Of a stretch of DNA of 64,000 nt, positions 21,137-32,435 are shown piece by piece. The position numbers and the translations under genes are program-made. The notes under the pieces were generated by a model that made no database searches, was not told the DNA's origin, and saw nothing but the letters and a program-made list of their open reading frames with translations. Origin of the DNA: a virus. Lineage: Duplodnaviria > Caudoviricetes. The stretch lies in IMG/VR virus record IMGVR_UViG_3300028048_000064, positions 85,925-149,924 of that record; one strand, given 5' to 3'. How positions within the stretch are numbered: position 1 is the first letter of the stretch; each line of letters begins with the position of its first letter.

Positions 21137-21616
21137 ATGAAGACATTTGATTTAACAGAAGAGAACCAGAACCTGTTTAATGATTTGTTTGAGGAAACAG
21201 GTTATCATAACTACATGCAATTGAGACTTATCGGTGTTGCAAAGTCAAAGGAAGTTATTACAGTTAATAGGCCTAATGCAATTGCAAAGCATGTTGGGCA
21301 TCTTCCTGATGATGTTGTAACTATTCTTGTATATGAGGATGCTTTTGACCGTCTTGATGACAAGAGTAAGAAACTCCTTATTAAGGATGCATTCAACCTT
21401 ATTGCATATGATGATGAGAAGGATAAGATTGCCATTGGTGCTCCGATGATTACCGTTACAGTTGCAGGTAGACAGAAGTGGGGTGAGGATTTGATTAATA
21501 GTGCAGAGTTTGCTGTTGCTGCTATTGCTCAAATCGAGGAAGAAAAGAAAGAGGCCAAGGAAGCAGAAAAGGCACGTAAGGCTGCTGAGAAGGCTGCAAA
21601 AAAGAGAAATAAGTAA
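21137..21616 (+). CDS. Hypothetical protein
   Basis: 159-aa ORF after a promoter. Confidence 0.6.
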   Translation: MKTFDLTEENQNLFNDLFEETGYHNYMQLRLIGVAKSKEVITVNRPNAIAKHVGHLPDDVVTILVYEDAFDRLDDKSKKLLIKDAFNLIAYDDEKDKIAIGAPMITVTVAGRQKWGEDLINSAEFAVAAIAQIEEEKKEAKEAEKARKAAEKAAKKRNK

Positions 21617-22383
21617 TGCATAGCAACTATTCTTTATATCACGGTGACTGTATTGATATCATGCATCAGCTTATAGACATGAACGTCAAGGCTGATGCTA
21701 TCATCTGTGATGTTCCATATGGCATACATAATAATAAGTTTGATACGGTTATACCATTTGATGATATGTGGGATTGTATCAATAAACTTGTTAAACCAAA
21801 GGGTAATATCGTCTTGTTTGGTGGCGGATTGTTTGCCTGCAAGTTGGTTTTAAGTAATGAGAAAAAATTCAGATATGAATTGATTTGGAAAAAGTCAAAA
21901 TGTGGCTCACCACTCACTGCCAAGTATATGCCGCTAAAAAAGCATGAAAATATTCTTGTATTTGGTGAAAGTGCTGCGTATTATGAACCACAAATGACAA
22001 CCGGAACACCATATAAAAGGAAATACACACCAAATAAGGTAAATAACCTCGGTTATGGTATTGCCGGTGTACAGACTGATAATAAAGGCACAAGACACCC
22101 ATCAACAGTACTTGATTTTCCACAAAAATGGAGAAGACAAGACCAACTTCATCCGACACAGAAACCGGTTGAATTAATGGAATTCCTTGTTAAGTCATAT
22201 TGTCCTAAAAATGGTCTGGTAATAGATTTTTGTGCAGGTAGTGGAAGTACGGGAGTTGCATGTATAAACACCGATAGGAATTTTATAGGTATAGAACTTG
22301 ACTTGGATTATTATAAGATAATGGAAGAAAGGATTAAAGAAGCAGTTATTAATAAAGAAACAAACGAACTTACGAATGGATAA
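21616..22383 (+). CDS. DNA methyltransferase (N4/N6, beta class)
   Basis: GDC, DVPYG (DPPY-like), HPTQKP, DFCAGSGSTG, FIGIE. Confidence 0.88.
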   Translation: MHSNYSLYHGDCIDIMHQLIDMNVKADAIICDVPYGIHNNKFDTVIPFDDMWDCINKLVKPKGNIVLFGGGLFACKLVLSNEKKFRYELIWKKSKCGSPLTAKYMPLKKHENILVFGESAAYYEPQMTTGTPYKRKYTPNKVNNLGYGIAGVQTDNKGTRHPSTVLDFPQKWRRQDQLHPTQKPVELMEFLVKSYCPKNGLVIDFCAGSGSTGVACINTDRNFIGIELDLDYYKIMEERIKEAVINKETNELTNG

Positions 22384-23062
22384 TATTAAGGATTTAAAAC
22401 TATTTGCCTCTGATATGGGTGTGAATAGCAATACTTTTGACGAATATCAGAAGTACAATTTCAGAAATTCATATATTGAGCCAACAGTTATTGAGGAACG
22501 TTCAAATATGGGGCCTATGACATCTATATCTGTGTATTCAAGACTATTGATGGATAGGATTATATTCCTTGGTACAGAGATAAATGATGATGTGGCTAAT
22601 ATCATTTCAGCACAGTTGCTATGGCTTGAACAACAAGGTAGTAGTGATATTACCATACAAATTTCAAGCCCCGGCGGGAGCATATACGATGGCCTCCAAA
22701 TCATTGACTCTATGGAGTACATTAAACCTGATGTTTCAACAGTGTCAATGGGTATGGTTGCATCAATGGCAACTGTTATTGCAAGTTGTGGAACAAAGGG
22801 AAAGAGATTTATTCTTCCACATGCAAGATTTCTTGTTCATCAGCCATTACAAGGCGGAGGTGGCGGAATGAAACAGTGCAGTGATGTACAAATCCAAGCA
22901 AAGGAAATACAGACACTGAAAGAGGAATTACAGCAAATGCTTGCAGAAAACAGTGGTCAGCCATATGATGTAATTGAAAAGATGTGTGACCGAGATACTA
23001 TTCTTACAGCAAAGGAAACGGTTGAATACGGATTTGTGGATGAAATTATAACAAGAACATGA
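22376..23062 (+). CDS. clpP: ATP-dependent Clp protease proteolytic subunit
   Basis: SRLLMDRIIFLG, SPGGS, ASMAT (catalytic Ser), HQP, DRD. Confidence 0.93.
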   Translation: MDNIKDLKLFASDMGVNSNTFDEYQKYNFRNSYIEPTVIEERSNMGPMTSISVYSRLLMDRIIFLGTEINDDVANIISAQLLWLEQQGSSDITIQISSPGGSIYDGLQIIDSMEYIKPDVSTVSMGMVASMATVIASCGTKGKRFILPHARFLVHQPLQGGGGGMKQCSDVQIQAKEIQTLKEELQQMLAENSGQPYDVIEKMCDRDTILTAKETVEYGFVDEIITRT

Positions 23063-23235
23063 CGTTAGAGGAATTAATCGAAGGCCTTTTCAGTAACGCA
23101 CTTAATGGTATGCCGTCATTCCCTGAAGATATACAAGAAAAAATTAAGAAAGAAATAGAAAAAGCTGAAAAAGAGACTAAGGAATGTATTGAAACAAATA
23201 TGAAATAATATTTATTGTTATAATAAGCAATAAAA

Positions 23236-23937
23236 ATGGCATACATAAGTGAAAATATCAAACGTTTATTCTATTTTGTAGAAAGTCAGACAATATACGA
23301 AATTAGCAAACATCAAGATGCAGATAATTGTGGGCTTTGTATGGGTTATACTAAAACCGAAGACGGCGACTATGTAATTAAGGAAAATTCGGAACTTGCA
23401 ACTATATTCCCATATTTTACTATTACATATTCTACATATAAATTCGTAGAAGACGAAGATGAAGAAGGAAATAAGGTTATAAAAAAGGTAATTGATGATA
23501 CAATTCCACCTGTAACGAAATACTTCTGGTTGCAAGACCTAATTCACGATGGGGACAAAATAGCAAATAATAAGTTTGTTTGTACTGTTGGTTTGCACGG
23601 AGATACTTCTGCAACATTCCTTGACAGATACATTAAAAAAGTAACTGAGGATGCAGTTGCAAAGATTAAGAATAATTATCTGCCGGACGAATTGAGAAGA
23701 CAGTATCCTGGTTATCTTATTGGTACACCTTATGATAGTTTTGTTGATGGTAAGGATGTCAAGGTTACTGCAACATCACTCACAGCAGCACAACAGATAC
23801 TATCTGATGTTAATATAAAAACTCTGTATAATAATGCGGCAAAAGAAAAAGCAACCGCATCTGCAAATACTGTTCTTAGAAACATTAACAATCAGGTAGA
23901 TACCTTGGAGATAACAACTGAACCAATTTCTGATTAA
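23236..23937 (+). CDS. Hypothetical protein
   Basis: 233-aa ORF preceded by TATTTAT. Confidence 0.6.
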   Translation: MAYISENIKRLFYFVESQTIYEISKHQDADNCGLCMGYTKTEDGDYVIKENSELATIFPYFTITYSTYKFVEDEDEEGNKVIKKVIDDTIPPVTKYFWLQDLIHDGDKIANNKFVCTVGLHGDTSATFLDRYIKKVTEDAVAKIKNNYLPDELRRQYPGYLIGTPYDSFVDGKDVKVTATSLTAAQQILSDVNIKTLYNNAAKEKATASANTVLRNINNQVDTLEITTEPISD

Positions 23938-23961
23938 TAACAATAAAAATAGAGCCACATT

Positions 23962-24093
23962 TTATTTTGCGGCTCTTCTTATAAATCTACGAGTAGTTGT
24001 TGTTCCAGTTGTTCCGCTTGTCGTTCTTGGCGGGGTTTTGATTATCTTTTTCGGCTGTGTTGCCAAATTCTTCTTACCGCAATTGCATCCCAT
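23962..24093 (-). CDS. 43-aa small basic protein MGCNCGKK... (not in ORF track)
   Basis: Manual translation: MGCNCGKKNLATQPKKIIKTPPRTTSGTTGTTTTRRFIRRAAK*. Confidence 0.55.
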   Translation of the reverse strand: MGCNCGKKNLATQPKKIIKTPPRTTSGTTGTTTTRRFIRRAAK

Positions 24094-24132
24094 CTTATTT
24101 TATCCTTTATCTGTTATATCTTTATTTTAAAA

Positions 24133-24543
24133 TTAATTCAGTTTATAGTCTGAAACCTTATCAAACTTGCAAAGGAATTGGTTTTTAAGCATATTTGCCT
24201 TATAATCATCAATTGTTGAAACAATACCTGACAGTTTTTCAATTTTACTGTATTCAGTCTTCAATATATCAACAATCTCCATTGCTCTTGCACAAAGTTC
24301 ACCAAGGTCATCCGTTTCATTGATTTCAAGTTTATTCAACTTGGTTAATTGGGTATATGATGGCTTACCATAGTAGCCAAATGTCTGTTCTGCCAATTCA
24401 TCAGCAAAATCAACAATTGTATTTCTGATTTTATCACACATCTCATGTGCATGATTGCTGTCAGTTGAATAGTGTATCATTTTCGTAGCGTCAGCATACA
24501 GATACAACTTGAATATAATGTCACTTATCTGTGTAATGTCCAT
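24133..24543 (-). CDS. Ferritin/Dps-like four-helix protein
   Basis: KMIHYST..HAHEMCD...DELAEQ pattern resembles Dps-like phage proteins. Confidence 0.55.
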   Translation of the reverse strand: MDITQISDIIFKLYLYADATKMIHYSTDSNHAHEMCDKIRNTIVDFADELAEQTFGYYGKPSYTQLTKLNKLEINETDDLGELCARAMEIVDILKTEYSKIEKLSGIVSTIDDYKANMLKNQFLCKFDKVSDYKLN

Positions 24544-24658
24544 TTTTATTTGTAAATTTTACTATAAATATGTATAAAAAACCAAATATTAACAATATTT
24601 AACGTGTTTTATTTGGACATTTGAAAATAAATTAGTAATTTTGTCAAAAATCTGAATT

Positions 24659-24862
24659 ATGAGTATAGTTTATTTAATAATTGCTATTATTATAGTGTTA
24701 AACGGTACACGTGTTAGAAACAAATATGTGAATTATTATTTTAACTTTGAAACAAGCAACCCATGTAATGAATTTGCACATTTTTTGGGAACATTTTTTG
24801 TTGCTTTAACTGAAGGTGTTTGTTGGTGGTATATAATAAAAACAATAATTAAGTATATATAA
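24659..24862 (+). CDS. Small membrane protein
   Basis: 67 aa, two hydrophobic segments. Confidence 0.45.
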   Translation: MSIVYLIIAIIIVLNGTRVRNKYVNYYFNFETSNPCNEFAHFLGTFFVALTEGVCWWYIIKTIIKYI

Positions 24863-25686
24863 TGTTTCAACCGGTTATTAAGTGGAGTGGCAGCAAAAGA
24901 AGCCAAGCAAATGAGATAATAAAGTACTTTCCAAAGGAAATAGACACATATTATGAGCCGTTTTGCGGCGGAGCAAGTATGCTATATGCATTAATCACAT
25001 CAGATATTAGTGTTAATAACTATGTTTGCTCTGATATTAATTCAGATTTGATTAATCTGTGGAGATATATCAAGAATAACCCATATATTCTTGCTTGTGA
25101 ATATGAAAGACTGTGGAGAGAACTGAATAAGGATAAAGATATTGCAAGACAGAAAGAATATTATAATAGAATAAGGTTTGTATTCAATGAAAGTAGGCAT
25201 CCAGTACATTTCCTATTCTTAAATCGTACATGCTTCAACGGATTAATAAGATATAATTCAGATAATGAGTTTAATAGTCCATTTCATCTTAATAGACCTG
25301 GTATTGAACCAAACAAATTAGGGAAAATACTTGAAAATTGGTCAGAATTACTTCAAAAGAATGATGTTACATTCCTAAAATGCGATTATAAGGATATTTT
25401 GCCATTTGAGGGTGATTTTGTATATTTAGACCCACCATATGCAAATACAAACGGAATGTATTCAGGAAATTTCGACAATGAAGAGTTTTTTAAGTGGTTA
25501 AAGACAGTAAGGGCCGAATGGGCATTAAGCTATGATGGTAAAAGTGGTAATGATGATAATACATTCGATGTACCAAAGGAATTATATACAAAACATGTAT
25601 ATATAAAAAGTGGAAACAGTTCATTTAAGAGAATAAAACAAAGTGATAACAAAGCAATAGTTTTTGAAAGTTTATATTTAAAATAA
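24862..25686 (+). CDS. dam: Dam-like (D12 class) DNA adenine methyltransferase
   Basis: KWSGSK, YEPFCGG, FNGLIRYN, YLDPPY, LSY. Confidence 0.9.
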   Translation: MFQPVIKWSGSKRSQANEIIKYFPKEIDTYYEPFCGGASMLYALITSDISVNNYVCSDINSDLINLWRYIKNNPYILACEYERLWRELNKDKDIARQKEYYNRIRFVFNESRHPVHFLFLNRTCFNGLIRYNSDNEFNSPFHLNRPGIEPNKLGKILENWSELLQKNDVTFLKCDYKDILPFEGDFVYLDPPYANTNGMYSGNFDNEEFFKWLKTVRAEWALSYDGKSGNDDNTFDVPKELYTKHVYIKSGNSSFKRIKQSDNKAIVFESLYLK

Positions 25687-25691
25687 AAAAT

Positions 25692-28289
25692 ATGGAGAAA
25701 TTATGTACAACCTTGGAACAATCCAAAAAACTCATTAAGTTAGGGATTAGTGCTGACACTGCTGATATGAGATATGGATATATTGCTCCGTATGATTATT
25801 CTGACAGAATGTTTGACGGAGGCTATGATGAAGTACCTTATCCAAAGGATTTTCTGAAATTGAATGCTGATTTCTCAGAAAATGAGTATGAAAGTTATTT
25901 TCCTGCATGGAGTCTTGTAGCTTTGTTGAATATAATGCCGAAATGTATAACAATTAAGGTAACTGAACACAGCGCATATTTCTATTTCCTTGAATGGCAA
26001 TTTGCCAATGACAATTCTTTGAGATATGTCGGGCATGATGGAAAATGCCTTGTGGATATATACAGTGACCATGATGATGATAAATATAAAGATACTATTG
26101 ATACGGCAGTGGAAATGATTATTTGGTTAAAAGAAAACGGAAAAATATAATGACAAAGGAAATTGAGGAATTTATACTTTTAAATGATAAAGAAGATAAA
26201 ATGTTTTTAAATAATGCGGAAAGGGAAATGTTTATCATATTATCTGACCAAATCTGCATGCTGTTTGAAGAACATAATAAAGAAAGATATTTTGATAAGT
26301 TAAAACTAATTAAGGATTTCTACAATAAGATATTTGTCTTTACGGTAAGACCGTTGATGGAAAACAACGAAAAACTGATGAAAGAACTTGAGCTACAGAT
26401 GAAATACGGCACAAGAATCACATTATTGCCGGAAGAAATTGACAAAATAATAGCAAATATATGACAAAGAAATTTTGGAATAATTGGAAAAGTAGGCTCG
26501 GTGATACTAAGCAAATTTACCTTTGCCGTCAAAAAACAAAGTGGTCTGATTATGAAAATAATTTACACTATTCAAAGAGGTTATTAAATGACCATATTGG
26601 CGAAAGAATACTTTCTTATAAATTCAATGGTAATACTGTTGATTTGGTGATTGAAAGAAAACGTTATGTTGATGACGGTCATTTTAATTGGCATTATAAT
26701 ATTGAAAATGAATACATTACTATAAAAAGAAAGGATATAGTATCTGTTAGTTTTGGAAAAATTAAATATTAAGATATGTGTTATACAATCAAGAAACTTT
26801 ACAAGACATACGGTAAACGGAAAATCCAAGTATATGACGGTAAAAAACTGTTTGGCACTATTTCTAACGCATGGGGATGGATATGCATTGACCCAGTAGA
26901 AAGAGGCGAAGGGAATGATTACAAAAATAATGTATTCAGCCGGGTTTTTATTAAAAACCATGATATTCTCCGAAAAATTGCAATGGAAAATCTTTGGTGG
27001 TTGCTTCATTCAGACCACATTAACGAAGAATATACTGAACAGGAAGCATGGGAAGAAAAAATTAAGAATTGGGATAGAGGAATTGTAGCATTTCATTCAG
27101 ATAATGAATCAGTATTTTTCCCAGGTGAAAAGGAAATTGCGTTAAATTCAATTAATAATAAATAATATAACAAATACAATGAATAGATTAGAAGAAATAT
27201 GGCAAGCCTTTCAGAAATATAAGTCAGTAACCGAAACTGGTAGTCTATCTGAAGGTGATTTTATTGCAGGCGCTGAATGGTCCGATGAAAATCCAAGGAC
27301 TGATATAATACCACGAGGCTCAATATCACATATAAGGATAATATTGGTTAATAAGTTCTGTGATATTGCTAAGAAATATAGCAACTGTACCATTGACGAA
27401 GTTCCTGAAATGAAAGAAGCCTTTGACATGGCGGATATGTTTGATAAGGCTTGTGAGTACGCTGGATATAAGTTTAATAATAATAAAGGAATTTACGAAT
27501 TTAAATAGTATAAATTATGAAAGTATATATAGTAGCAAGACCCTATGATGAGATTGAGGAATTTATTCCTATGTATGTAACAACGTATGAAGATAAGGCT
27601 CGTACATTTTTAAAGTGGTATAGTGATGAATCCATTCAAATGGTCATTTTCTCTAAAGAGTGGAATCCTGAAGACCCAAAAGGTTCACCAAATATTCTAT
27701 TCAACTATCTTGATGGAGATTTGACATATAAACAAGATATGACTGAAAAGAATACTTTGTATGGTAAGTATAAAGAATGGCTTGAATTGGATGAAGAAGA
27801 AGCAGAAAAATATATGTTTGGCGACCCAGATGAAGACAAAGATGAGAATGGAATGTTGAACGTTAAAATTTGGAATTTGGATAAAGATGAGTAGGTTTAC
27901 AAAACGTCGCAAGGCTGCACGGCAAGAAAAGGAAGAAAAACAGCGTAGATTGGAAGAAAATTTAAAGAAATCTGAAAAAACATGTAATGACATTCTGAAG
28001 GTCTGTGATTATATTAATAAAAATCATCCGGAATTTGATTCGTTAGATGGAGATAAACGTGTAGAACTTTTTGGCGAAATTTTTAATAATATGCATAATG
28101 AGACATAACTACAAAGAACCATATTGGGCAAAATATGTACCAAGTTGGAAGAAACCACCGAAGTATATTCCTCCTAAAAGAGAATATAAACCATTGCAAC
28201 ATTGTAATGGTTGCACAGCGACATGTGAATATTTTGGCTATACAGAATACGAGAAATCGTATTTATGCCCCTATTATGATTTGCAATAA
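25692..28289 (+). other. Run of ~8 small hypothetical CDSs (25692-26150, ~26150-26464, 26461-26772, 26776-27165, 27179-27508, 27517-27894, 27887-28108, ~28098-28289)
   Basis: Tightly packed or overlapping co-oriented ORFs typical of phage early accessory genes. Confidence 0.6.
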
Positions 28290-28330
28290 ATAAGAAAATA
28301 ATAGGTTTTTATAATTTTTAACGAAAAATA

Positions 28331-28362
28331 TTTGGTACTTTCATTTTTTTGTAGTACCTTTG
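28331..28362 (+). promoter_or_regulatory. Bacteroidota-type promoter upstream of Ro60
   Basis: TTTG-N20-TACCTTTG. Confidence 0.75.
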
Positions 28363-28550
28363 CAAACGAAAATAGAAAGATAACCTCGTCTAAGGGTAAG
28401 TGCAGGGGTTTGACACACAATGTACATTTGTGAAAAGGGTTGTCTGTGAGGCAAGTAAGGAAAGTGCAACGCCACCCTAATTAGTCTTTCTTTTTTAAAT
28501 ATAGAATAAAAAATTTCTTTTAATAATAACAAATTAAATAGTGATAGATT

Positions 28551-30215
28551 ATGGCAAAGTTTAATTCAAAGAAAGAGGCTACAAAGCCAACCGTAATTAA
28601 TGAGATGGGCGAGAAGGCTTTTGAACTTACCGCAAAGGAAAATCTCGTACAGAGTGTGTTAACCTCATTCCTTCAGGGACAGTACTATGAGAGTGAGTCT
28701 GAGGAAGTAAAGAAAATTCTTGATTGTGTAGATAAGGTTGACCCATTGTTCGTGGCAAAACTTGCATTGTATGCACGTAATGAGGGTAATATGAGGTCAT
28801 CAAGCCATTTGCTTGGTGCTGCATTGGCAAAGTATATTGCCGGTCAGAATTATGCCGCACGTTTCTATAACAAACTCATTGTCCGTCCGGATGATATGTC
28901 TGAGGTGCTTTCATGCTATGGTTCGTTGAACGGCATGAATATTACTGATAAGTCACTTCGTAGGATTCCAAACTCTATTAAGAAGGGATTCAAGGCTGCA
29001 CTTGAGCGTCTTGATGCTTATCAGATTGACAAATATAAGATGAATAGCCGTCAGGTGAAACTCATCGACCTTGTTAATCTGTTGCACCCAACGCCAACAC
29101 AGAAGAATAAGGAAGCTTATAAGCGTCTTATTAACGGTGAGTCTCTTGCTGACCTTTATGAGAGTAAGGTACTGGAGAAGGAAATGTCAAAGGGTGGCCA
29201 GACAGCCAAGACTGAGGAAGAGAAGACTGCTGCAAAGGAGGAAGCAATCTCTACCGTTCTTGACAATGTTAAGGGTATGCCTATTTTCAATCTGCTTCGT
29301 AACCTGCGTAACATTATCCTCTATGCGCCAAACCGTATAGACGATGCTATTGCACAGTTGACCACAAGGGAAAAGATTGTCAATTCAAGATTGCTTCCAT
29401 TCCGTTTCGCAACTGCATACACAGAAATTGAGAACATGAGTTATGAGGCAAAGAAGCCATCATCTTCAATCGCTTTGGAAAGCGAAATCAGTAAGATGAA
29501 ACTCACTCAGAATGAGTTTGCCGCTATTAAAGCAAAGGTTCTTAATGCTCTTGAAGATGCACTTGAGTATGCTTGTGAGAATATTCCGGAGTTTGATAAC
29601 GGCACATACATCTTGGTAGACTCGTCAGGTTCTATGCGAGGGGACATGGGTGGTTCTTCCCGTGTATCTGCATTTTCAAAGACTACCACTTCAATTATTG
29701 GTTATTTGTTTGCTGCAATGGTCGGATGGAAGCAGAAGGATATCTATATCGGCTTGTTCGGTGATAGGCTTATTCCAGTGGAAGTTGACCGTTCTAAGAG
29801 GATGCTCGATTTCTGTAACTACATGAACAGTAAGGGTGGCTCATGTGGTGGTGGTACAGAGGCTGGTATTTATGACTTCCTTCGCCAGTGCATTAAGGAG
29901 AAGAAGAAGGTGGATAACGTAATCGTCTTCTCTGACTGTCAGATTGGTTCCGGTGCAGAGACTGCATGGTATGGCACAGATAGTAGTGACCGTAGTGGAC
30001 GCTTCCAGGACTTGTTCAAGGAGTTCAAGAAGATTAACCCAATGTGTAACTTCATTGTGTGCAATCTTCGTTCGGCTAAGGGTAACTCAGTATTCCACAA
30101 GTCACAGAGAATACTTAACATCGCTGGTTGGAGTGAGAAGATTTTCGATGTGATTAAGTCCAACACCGTTGGTATGGATGCAATCATCAAGAAGATTGAA
30201 GCCATCGAGATATAA
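28551..30215 (+). CDS. rsr: Ro60/TROVE-domain RNA-binding protein (Rsr)
   Basis: TROVE motifs DPLFVAKLALYAR, RPDD, FNLLRNLRNI, SRLLPFRF; C-terminal vWA LVDSSGSM..GGT..FSDCQ..AGWSE. Confidence 0.9.
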   Translation: MAKFNSKKEATKPTVINEMGEKAFELTAKENLVQSVLTSFLQGQYYESESEEVKKILDCVDKVDPLFVAKLALYARNEGNMRSSSHLLGAALAKYIAGQNYAARFYNKLIVRPDDMSEVLSCYGSLNGMNITDKSLRRIPNSIKKGFKAALERLDAYQIDKYKMNSRQVKLIDLVNLLHPTPTQKNKEAYKRLINGESLADLYESKVLEKEMSKGGQTAKTEEEKTAAKEEAISTVLDNVKGMPIFNLLRNLRNIILYAPNRIDDAIAQLTTREKIVNSRLLPFRFATAYTEIENMSYEAKKPSSSIALESEISKMKLTQNEFAAIKAKVLNALEDALEYACENIPEFDNGTYILVDSSGSMRGDMGGSSRVSAFSKTTTSIIGYLFAAMVGWKQKDIYIGLFGDRLIPVEVDRSKRMLDFCNYMNSKGGSCGGGTEAGIYDFLRQCIKEKKKVDNVIVFSDCQIGSGAETAWYGTDSSDRSGRFQDLFKEFKKINPMCNFIVCNLRSAKGNSVFHKSQRILNIAGWSEKIFDVIKSNTVGMDAIIKKIEAIEI

Positions 30216-30436
30216 GGCTGAATATTCAGTAGAATAGTTGACTGAGGCTATTTGCAAGAGAATAGCTGCCACAGGCCGGTGAAAGCAATAGGAGATAATT
30301 ACGTAATAATACCTATGGGCGTACACCTATTAAGAGAAAATAAAAGTTAGAACTAGGCTGTTTCTAGCAACTATTCTTTCCTTTTTCAGAAAAATATCCT
30401 ATATTATTAATATACAACTTTTAAAATTTAAATCCT

Positions 30437-30652
30437 ATGAGTAAGAAGTTATTTAAAAATCTGATGGCTCAGAAGCAGTCTGAGTTCAGAAAGTGGGCAA
30501 GCAGATATGGTCTTACATTTAAGACTACTTCAGAGATGGAGCGTGAGCGTTCTGTACGTGAGAAGGAACAGGAACGTGTTGGTTCACAGCGTGGTGATAA
30601 TGCACGTGGTGGACGTGGTAATAAAAACCATAAAATGCGTAACCATGCATAA
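30437..30652 (+). CDS. Small basic protein with RGG tail
   Basis: 71 aa, overlaps start of the next gene. Confidence 0.5.
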   Translation: MSKKLFKNLMAQKQSEFRKWASRYGLTFKTTSEMERERSVREKEQERVGSQRGDNARGGRGNKNHKMRNHA

Positions 30653-32102
30653 TGAGCAAGTATTTACCCCATCTTGGATGGTGAGGCTTATGCTTGATAA
30701 ATTGCAGTATTCTGGAAACGGGGTACTGCAAAAGCATATTATAGATAATAGTTGTGGTAAGGGTGCATTCTTAACCAATGTAGTAGATAGGTACTGTAAG
30801 GCTTATATTGCAGCCAATGGTTCTGAAAATGGGCTTAAACATGAACTTGAAACATATATTCACGGAATTGAAGTTGATGAAGCATGTTGGGGAATAACAA
30901 TTGTTGAACTTAACAGAGTTGCCTTAAAATACAATATTGAAGATGTCAATTGGAATATAATTAATGGTGATGCACTTGGGATTAATTCATTTGATGGTAA
31001 AATGGATTATGTTGTTGGTAATCCACCTTATTGCAAGGTACATGACTTTGGTGACAAATATGATTTAATTAAGAAATATTCATTTGTACAAGGTGGAATG
31101 CCTGATTTATATCTTGCATTTTTTGAGATTGGCATCCATATGTTGAATGAAACCGGTAAGTTAATCTATATTACACCAAGTACATGGACGGTAACTGTTG
31201 CAGGAAAAACGTTTAGAAAATACCTAATTGAAAACAATACACTATCTGATGTAATTGTTATGGAGCATGAACAGATATTCCCGGAGGCAACCACATTTAC
31301 AATGATTACACAGATTGATAATTCCAAGAAAGATATAAAGGAGGATTATAATAAGGTAACATTATATAAGTATAATCCTAAAACCGTTGATTTTGATTAT
31401 ATTGCAACAAGACCATTATCATTGTTTACCGTTGGGGAAATGTTCTGTTTTGTAGGGGATACAGATACATTAAACCTTATGAAAGGGGTTAATAAGCATG
31501 AATATGATGATATTATCAAGGTTAAGAACGGATTTGCAACATTGAATGATAAATTATTCATTATCGATGAGAATATACCGGAAACAGACCCAAGATTTGT
31601 TGCAAAGGACTATATCATGGTTATTAAGGCATCAACAGGTGAACAGAAATGGGCAATTTTCCCTTATAATATGCAGAAAGACATGAAACCGTTCAAATTC
31701 GATGAGTTAAGTGAATATGCAAGAAACTATCTTCTTGAAAGAGCAAATGAACTGCATTTGGAAGAGCAAGGCAGAATGAAAGGAAAATGGTGGCTCTATG
31801 GACGGACTCAAGCAATTAATGATGTTGCAACAGGAATGAGATATTCTGTCAGCCCGATTATCAGTTGCAAGGAAGATGTAATTGTTAAGTATGTATTTTC
31901 CGGTATGGGTGTATATGGCGGAGTGTTTGTAATACCAAATGGAACAGAACTTGATTTTGACGTTGAGGAATGCCTGAAGACTGATGAGTTTATCAGTTAT
32001 GTGAAAGCACTTGGCAGATTTAAAAACGGTGGTTATTATACATTCTCATCAAAGGAATTACAGAATTATCTGAATTATAAGTATAAACAAAGCAGAATGT
32101 AA
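30645..32102 (+). CDS. Eco57I/TaqI-like (gamma class) N6-adenine DNA methyltransferase
   Basis: QVFTP, DNSCGKGAF, VVGNPPY, DLYLAFFE; ATG 30645 is a likelier start than 30507. Confidence 0.88.
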   Translation: MHNEQVFTPSWMVRLMLDKLQYSGNGVLQKHIIDNSCGKGAFLTNVVDRYCKAYIAANGSENGLKHELETYIHGIEVDEACWGITIVELNRVALKYNIEDVNWNIINGDALGINSFDGKMDYVVGNPPYCKVHDFGDKYDLIKKYSFVQGGMPDLYLAFFEIGIHMLNETGKLIYITPSTWTVTVAGKTFRKYLIENNTLSDVIVMEHEQIFPEATTFTMITQIDNSKKDIKEDYNKVTLYKYNPKTVDFDYIATRPLSLFTVGEMFCFVGDTDTLNLMKGVNKHEYDDIIKVKNGFATLNDKLFIIDENIPETDPRFVAKDYIMVIKASTGEQKWAIFPYNMQKDMKPFKFDELSEYARNYLLERANELHLEEQGRMKGKWWLYGRTQAINDVATGMRYSVSPIISCKEDVIVKYVFSGMGVYGGVFVIPNGTELDFDVEECLKTDEFISYVKALGRFKNGGYYTFSSKELQNYLNYKYKQSRM

Positions 32103-32435
32103 TTGGTATTTTAGATTAATTCATATATAAAAAGAGAGCATTGATATTTTTTTCTTTGCTCTCTTTCTTTTTAGAATTGTTTACTATATTTTTACAATAA
32201 AAATTTTTCTTAAATTTATATTTTTTTCTTTCTGATAACTTGTTTCTTTTTGTATGAAACTATATATTTATCTAATGAAGTCAGGTAGAAAACGCCGGCA
32301 TTCTTGCCAATTTCTGATGGAATCTATATTCCGAGAGTATACGCTGACATACAGAGATATATGCTTGCTATGCTGCATTTTTTTACTTGGTGGAAATAAC
32401 ATTTAAAATAAAATATTTTACATATTATATCAAAC

